Shown piece by piece: positions 59,501 to 64,000 of a stretch of 64,000 nucleotides of DNA. The notes under the pieces were generated by a model. It searched no databases. It was not told where the DNA came from and saw only the letters and a program-made list of their open reading frames with translations. The DNA comes from a bacterium (GTDB lineage: Bacteria; Hinthialibacterota; Hinthialibacteria; Hinthialibacterales; Hinthialibacteraceae), in the NCBI GenBank assembly GCA_963662285.2, contig CAXXMV010000006.1, forward strand, positions 896,001 through 960,000. Direction: 5' to 3'. Numbering within the stretch: position 1 is the first letter of the stretch; each line of letters opens with the position of its first letter. A program made the position numbers and the translations under genes.

Positions 59501-59844
59501 AAGTTTGTTCTGAGGGCGCCGTTGATATGTTGGAATTTTCTGTCGAAGTCCTGTAATTCGAGTTGAGTCGGCGTATGGGATAACCACTTTTTTATACGGT
59601 CTCGAGATTTGACGCCCAAGTTCTCAATTTTGCCGAAATGCTCCTGGATATCTTCTCCTTCATCAATAGCAAGAACGCTAATTGATTCATGCATATTGCT
59701 AACGACTTGTTTTTCAAGGATTTTTTGTGCAATAAAACCGACCAGCAGGAAAAATAGCAAAAATACTAGGGCGAAAACAAAGATCAATTTTTGCGTTAGA
59801 TTAAAAGTGAAACCTTGATTTAAGTTTTTTTGAGATAAATTCAT
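56581..59844 (-). CDS. Hybrid sensor histidine kinase (Cache-HAMP-PAS-PAS-HisKA-HATPase-REC)
   Basis: WTAPYYD Cache motif, DEIGELAISFNDM HAMP, two PAS domains, GGIAHDFNNLL, NLIINA, DQGIGI, GSGLGL, ILIMDDE..VIMDLTIPGGMGG. Confidence 0.92.
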   Translation of the reverse strand: MNLSQKNLNQGFTFNLTQKLIFVFALVFLLFFLLVGFIAQKILEKQVVSNMHESISVLAIDEGEDIQEHFGKIENLGVKSRDRIKKWLSHTPTQLELQDFDRKFQHINGALRTNLNAYPDDDISAIFLSSKSELNDEIKQIIISTESCFEEYARGISSFVFNMYLITRHQLIRIYKHDWAMEIEPDHDFTQDIFYNIAEPINNPDQSTRWTAPYYDSIWKHWMTSLITPIYIGGAFLGIVGHDVILDDIYKEILSKKYYNTGYGFIFDKKKNIVIHPNHLNRLQKTAKMGSALHFTELSNLELAHVISGIVNKEPSNKKIHIESFHENDELNYLFAYDLDFQDWYFAIVVPHNEIVKMLPEFQRNFILGAVFISLVLFLVIVLLIWIYVISPIKTLTRATKEIRSGNLKHRASIKSNDEIGELAISFNDMANILSDTLDDLQNDISERKRFESELQESEERYRSLISNIPIGLYRNTPGPKGRFITANHAIAKMFGYESVEDFLQINVSDLYINPSMRAKFSDKLLSQGQVIDEQFQFTKKDGTTIWGSVSANVVKDQSGKIIYYDGLIEDITEKIHVESELKKSEERFRSLVETTSDWIWETDINSLFTYVSPQVKNVLGYDPEELLGNSIFDLMPTDEAPKIASRLNEYVKAEKPFNHLINVSLHKDNHKVILESCGLPFYDSDGKFVGYRGIDRDITERKQIEEELLKVKKLESVGILAGGIAHDFNNLLTSIIGNISLAKYLLDPSSEIFKRLSQAELASLRAKDLTQQLLTFSKGGDPVKKTASIEEIVRKTCSFTLSGSKVRCKYDFVDDLLLVEVDKGQLSQVIQNLIINAIQAMPKGGEIIIKGENVTLKDDRDEHTLNLLAGDYVRLSIHDQGIGIAKEHLSKIFDPYFTTKEKGSGLGLATSFSIISKHGGTIFAHSPEKGTVFTIYLPASSNKIEKSTKVNAIKEFTGQGHILIMDDEQLILDVTRDILQNIGYEVECANDGVEATKSYTEALKTDNKFDVVIMDLTIPGGMGGEEAVGQLLKIDPDVKALVSSGYSSDPIMANYQDYGFCGVVTKPYHMEELNQILQHIISTKIS

Positions 59845-60051
59845 ATTTTGGATATTTCAATTTTTTGTTATATATCTCCTGTTTATTCAACATGACTGAT
59901 AGTACAGGATATCAGTTAATTGTATATGTTTGGAGGCAATATAGAACTTATTGTTTACTAATTATTTTATTTAATGTATATATCGTCTTAAGTTTGGTAT
60001 ACATACTTATATATATTTTTATTTATATATAAGCGTTAGCGTGATAAATCA

Positions 60052-60600
60052 TTAAGTTGCAGGCGATATTACATCAGATGCGGCGGTTTTAGGTTTGGGA
60101 GGATTGTCGCTATTGAAATAGTTATTGGAGGTGAACACGAAAAGAAATTCTTTATCCTTTATCTTTATCCCTGCAATATTCCGGTGGAAGGGATCATTCT
60201 CTTCTGATACATTGCAGAGGATTATTACTGACTCGAGAGGTTTAGTGGATTTATAGGATAGCTGCATAACCACAAATGATTCTTCATCTTCTTCGGTTTC
60301 ATGTGACATTTTTAAAAGATCAAATTTCAACTGACGCCCGCCAGACAGAACCTTTATCTTGTTTGAAAGATAATAATACATCAGTGGTTTAATCGCATCG
60401 AGTTCCTTTTGGGTTAGGATCAGATCGCCGTCAGGATCGGCGTTGAACAGTTCCAGGGTGCAAATCAGCGTAAAGCGCAATTCTATATTAATTTCGTTTT
60501 CGCTTATATCGATAGATGAATATGAGAAACTATTCAAATGCGCCGAGGCAAGCGCCGTGAATAAAGCAAGCGATAATAATATCCCCAGACATCGTTTCAT
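60052..60600 (-). CDS. Secreted hypothetical protein (mature N-terminal His, resembling domains that precede HupE/UreJ proteins)
   Basis: Signal peptide ending ASA-H; DPDGDLILT..E EF-hand-like loop; FHRNIA. Confidence 0.5.
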   Translation of the reverse strand: MKRCLGILLSLALFTALASAHLNSFSYSSIDISENEINIELRFTLICTLELFNADPDGDLILTQKELDAIKPLMYYYLSNKIKVLSGGRQLKFDLLKMSHETEEDEESFVVMQLSYKSTKPLESVIILCNVSEENDPFHRNIAGIKIKDKEFLFVFTSNNYFNSDNPPKPKTAASDVISPAT

Positions 60601-60648
60601 GATAAACGCCTTTTGGTTAGAGAGGTTAGTAATATCTCTGTTTATGTG

Positions 60649-60920
60649 ATTCCTACCCCAGGCTTGGGGGAGGTTAGGAGGGGGTTGCGCACCCCCCCCT
60701 CTGACTCCAATGTCATTAAGTTAAGCAATTTTGACCATACAATAGGTGGTTTGATCAAGGGCTGACCGCAATGCGGTCTTGCCCTTGGCACCCAGTAATG
60801 TTATTAACTTAAGTTATTTGAATGTCCCTCTCACACTAACCCTCTCCCGGCGGGAGAGGGGACAACACTTTTAACTTAATGACATTGCCCTCTAACTCCC
60901 CCCAGGCTTGGGGGGAGAAT
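60649..60920. repeat. Bipartite REP-like repeat interrupted by a MITE
   Basis: Removing 60708-60898 reproduces the uninterrupted copy at 62491-62570. Confidence 0.85.
60708..60887. mobile_element. Composite IS4-like MITE (180 bp) with 11-bp target-site duplication
   Basis: Perfect 17-bp TIRs CAATGTCATTAAGTTAA / TTAACTTAATGACATTG; flanks CCCTCTGACTC / CCCTCTAACTC; third internal end at 60796; carries a family C hairpin (60754-60794). Confidence 0.85.
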
Positions 60921-60944
60921 TGGTATTAATCAAGCATTTTTATC

Positions 60945-61289
60945 TTATTGCTTGGAGCCATGTTCAACCGAGACGGTTGTGGTGATTCCACCACGGGCGC
61001 TGAAATGTCCTTCTACTCTCATCCATCGTGGTTGGCAGGCTTCGACCAGGTCATCCAGAATTGTGTTGGTGACCATTTCGTAGAAGATTCCCTCATTACG
61101 GAAATCTAACATATAGTATTTCAGCGCTTTGAGTTCTATGCACTTCTTGTCGGGAGTATATTCAATGATGATGGTTCCAAAATCGGGCAATCCGGTTTTG
61201 GGGCAAACCGAGGTGAATTCCGGGCATTCAATTCTGATATTATAATCCCGGTTGGGAAAGGCGTTATCGAAAGTTTCAAGTTTACTCAT
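60945..61289 (-). CDS. queF: PreQ0 reductase, short type I
   Basis: [40 protein letters not shown]. Confidence 0.93.
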   Translation of the reverse strand: MSKLETFDNAFPNRDYNIRIECPEFTSVCPKTGLPDFGTIIIEYTPDKKCIELKALKYYMLDFRNEGIFYEMVTNTILDDLVEACQPRWMRVEGHFSARGGITTTVSVEHGSKQ

Positions 61290-61296
61290 ACTTCTC

Positions 61297-62424
61297 TCAC
61301 TTCTTTATTTTATCCCATAGCGGGGATAGATTGGCGATGCGGGCGGCGCGATCGGGCAGCGGGGGCTTGTTCTGATTAATGCCCAGCTGATACCAATAGG
61401 CTACGCTGCACCAGTCATCGGAACGCTCGTATAGTCCCTTGTTCCACCCGATCTGTTGGATCGTCAGTTTCTGCAAACGCTTAAAGCGAATAGGGTCAGT
61501 TACGTGCCAGCGATACAATGATATGTAGTTTGTATTATCATCGACGTTTTCAATCAAGGTGCAGCCGTGATAGAGATGCTGATATTTCCCCAGCCCCCAG
61601 GCGGAGCAGTAGTAATCTTCGGTCCCTGTACCGCAGATGGTGGGGAATTCTTTATCATCATTAATATAGAACTTCATCTCGCCTTCGCCCCACCAATGCG
61701 GCCCCAGGGTGCGTACGCCGATCATGGTTCCGATATAGACTCCCGGCGCATCGATGTTGTCGAGAATGATGTAGTCCTGCAATTCAACCGTAGGGTTTTG
61801 CCGACGCCATTGGGCATGGAACCGTCCGGTGTTATGGGGTAGTTTTTTCAATAAATCATAATCGATCTGGTAAAAGACTGATCCGATATTACTTTCACTA
61901 TCATTCTCCAGAGTAATTTTGGCGCCCTTTGCAAATGGCATGGCGAAGAAGAAATTGAAGCCGCGTCCTTCGGTCATGGATGTTAGTGATGAATAGACCG
62001 GCTGACTGACGCCATGCGCCTGACCTACGAAATCAAGAATGGGAACCTCGACGCTGGGGATATCGGAACCATCCCAATACATGCGCAGAATGGCGTTGCG
62101 GTAATGGTCGTTATTGGGACGAATGGTTATCCAGATATGATTGATCACTCCACAGTCCGGTATATCCATCAGGGTGAGGGTTTCTCCAGGCTTCAGGTTA
62201 TTAAAACAGGGCGCCCCTTTGCGTCCGGCTTTGGCTTGTCCGCCCACTCCCGGCAACCCTTGGGGATTCTCCATAGTTATGGCGCGCGACTCTGCATCAG
62301 TGATTAACGGCAGACTGGATGCCGTCCCCATCGCCAATGGATTTGATACCTGGGATGTCTGACATGAGGTTAAACTAAATAATCCAACGATTATTATTAT
62401 TGTTACAACGGATTTTTTCACCAT
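61297..62424 (-). CDS. DUF2961 / GH172-family glycoside hydrolase, probable lipoprotein
   Basis: [65 protein letters not shown]; ATG 62424 with RBS and lipobox LTSC. Confidence 0.85.
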   Translation of the reverse strand: MVKKSVVTIIIIVGLFSLTSCQTSQVSNPLAMGTASSLPLITDAESRAITMENPQGLPGVGGQAKAGRKGAPCFNNLKPGETLTLMDIPDCGVINHIWITIRPNNDHYRNAILRMYWDGSDIPSVEVPILDFVGQAHGVSQPVYSSLTSMTEGRGFNFFFAMPFAKGAKITLENDSESNIGSVFYQIDYDLLKKLPHNTGRFHAQWRRQNPTVELQDYIILDNIDAPGVYIGTMIGVRTLGPHWWGEGEMKFYINDDKEFPTICGTGTEDYYCSAWGLGKYQHLYHGCTLIENVDDNTNYISLYRWHVTDPIRFKRLQKLTIQQIGWNKGLYERSDDWCSVAYWYQLGINQNKPPLPDRAARIANLSPLWDKIKK

Positions 62425-62490
62425 CTTCAATTCTCTCCTTTTATGATATGATGACGTGTTACGTATTGATTTAGTCGATTGAAGCATCAG

Positions 62491-62570
62491 ATCCCTACCC
62501 CAAGCCTGGGGGAGGTTGGGAGGGGGTTGCGCAACCCCCCTCTAACTCCCCCGAGGCTTGGGGGGAGAAT
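62491..62570. repeat. Uninterrupted bipartite REP-like repeat
   Basis: ATCCCTACCCCAAGCCTGGGGGAGGTTGGGAGGGGGTTGCGCAACCCCCCTCTAACTCCCCCGAGGCTTGGGGGGAGAAT: three linked palindromes. Confidence 0.85.
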
Positions 62571-62746
62571 TTGCTTCTCAATACTTTGTGTTATGCAAAG
62601 TTTATATCTGATCGATTCATATGACTAAACTATTACCTAGTCACAATGGTATGAAAGAATAATGTCGATGTGAAGGCTGCGTTTCCAATTGCTGCAATTA
62701 TTGGTGATTAAACAAAATACAATACAAATAGATTGAATGCTAACCT

Positions 62747-64000
62747 ATGATTTTTAATGACTTAAGTAAAACGGAACTAGAATCCCGTTTAAGAGCAGAA
62801 CTGAATCCTCCGCAGTATGAAGCAGTGACTCATACCGGAAGTCCGTTGTTGGTGCTGGCTGGCGCCGGAAGCGGTAAGACGCGGGTTATCACCTACCGCA
62901 TCGCTTATCTCATGGCGGTCGAGGGATTGTCGCCCTGGAATATTCTGGCGGTCACTTTCACCAACAAAGCGGCTAAAGAGATGCGCGACCGGGTCAGCAA
63001 ACTAACCGGCGGCGCTATGCGTGGAACCTGGATCGGAACATTCCATTCCATCTGCACCAGGATATTGCGTCAAGATGGAAAGATTGACGGCATCGATCCG
63101 AACTTCAGCATCTATGACCGCGCCGATCAGACCACTGCCGTCAAACAGGCTAAATCAAAATGCAACTTGGGTGACGACAAAATCCTGAAACCCAATTCGG
63201 TTCTCAACGCAATTTCAAGAGCCAAAAACATGTTCCTCTGGCCTCAAAAATATCAGGAACAAGCCAACAGCCTTTATGAAGAGAACATCGCCAAAATTTA
63301 TAAAGAATATCAAACCATCCTGCGTAATAACAACGCTCTCGATTTTGATGATCTGATAATGAATACCGTACGGCTGCTGGTGCAATATAAAGATGTCGGC
63401 GATGTTTACCGTAAGCGCTTCAAGCATATTATGGTCGACGAGTATCAGGATACCAATCATCCCCAATATTTGTTTATCAAAGAGTTAGCCAAAGAGCATC
63501 ATCAAATATGCGCAGTGGGAGATGACGACCAATCGATCTACCGTTGGCGGGGCGCCAATGTTGAGAATATCCTCAATTTTGAGAAAGATTATCCATCAAT
63601 TCACACAGTGAAATTAGAACAGAATTACCGCTCCACCAAAAATATCCTGTCCGCCGCATCCAGCGTGATACAAATAAATTCGTATCGTCATGAGAAAAAA
63701 CTTTGGACTGACAACACGGATGGAGACAAAGCGGGAATCGTCAATCTGCCTGATGAAGAATCGGAAGCCTTCTGGATTGTCGAAAAAATTCAAAAACTGC
63801 ACAATGATGATAAGGTTCCATTGGGCGACATCGCCGTCTTCTACCGGATCAACGCCCAATCCCGCTTATTTGAAGAGGAATGCATTCGACGAAGCCTGGC
63901 CTATTCTTTGGTCGGCTCAACTGCCTTTTATCAGCGCAAAGAGATCAAAGACGTTATGTCCTACGCGCGGCTGATGATTAACCCGGCTGACTATGCGTCA
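62747..64000 (+). CDS. pcrA: ATP-dependent DNA helicase PcrA/UvrD (runs off the window edge)
   Basis: Manual translation: LNPPQYEAV..VLAGAGSGKTRVITYRIAYL, AVTFTNKAAKEMR, GTFHS, LDFDDL, VDEYQDTN, VGDDDQSIYRWRGA, LEQNYRST. Confidence 0.93.
   Translation, partial: MIFNDLSKTELESRLRAELNPPQYEAVTHTGSPLLVLAGAGSGKTRVITYRIAYLMAVEGLSPWNILAVTFTNKAAKEMRDRVSKLTGGAMRGTWIGTFHSICTRILRQDGKIDGIDPNFSIYDRADQTTAVKQAKSKCNLGDDKILKPNSVLNAISRAKNMFLWPQKYQEQANSLYEENIAKIYKEYQTILRNNNALDFDDLIMNTVRLLVQYKDVGDVYRKRFKHIMVDEYQDTNHPQYLFIKELAKEHHQICAVGDDDQSIYRWRGANVENILNFEKDYPSIHTVKLEQNYRSTKNILSAASSVIQINSYRHEKKLWTDNTDGDKAGIVNLPDEESEAFWIVEKIQKLHNDDKVPLGDIAVFYRINAQSRLFEEECIRRSLAYSLVGSTAFYQRKEIKDVMSYARLMINPADYAS

Noticed and set aside
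61289-61330. preQ1 riboswitch upstream of queF
   Set aside because: No leader space (7-bp gap) and no recognisable aptamer.
1-64000. CRISPR array, rRNA genes, intact transposase, integrase or prophage genes
   Set aside because: No regularly spaced repeat-spacer series and no rRNA-like sequence. The only transposase signal is the RAYT fragment.

Overview
Bacterial chromosome segment with about 40 genes, one tRNA-Asn and no rRNA, CRISPR array or intact transposase. Housekeeping genes are gltBD, leuB, bioDA, a ridA-family gene, queF, pcrA/uvrD and a ppiD-like gene. They are interspersed with many secreted glycan-active or unknown proteins, two solitary prepilin-type genes, decayed toxin-antitoxin modules and a dense set of small palindromic repeats. 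From memory rather than a search, the style of the prepilins and secreted proteins suggests an uncultured diderm lineage such as Hinthialibacterota (OLB16) or Sumerlaeota. Four signals stand out. (1) Five unrelated signal-peptide proteins end in the same short tail, about [SAD]-V-x-x-[WFA]-x-[LI]-[YFH]-(D/E)-stop. This is a candidate lineage-specific C-terminal sorting signal, and one carrier is built from two pseudopilin-like heads without the pilin anchor. (2) A four-level nested mobile element at 45.6-46.3 kb and a related one at 60.6-60.9 kb, in which IS4-like miniature elements carry REP-like palindromes and insert into other REP-like palindromes; matching empty sites are visible in the window. 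(3) A duplicated ridA 3' end brackets an eroded insert. (4) A PadR operon carries TatC-like and TatA-like fragments, and a PpiD-like protein is concentrically expanded. All calls come from reading motifs by eye; no database search was run.
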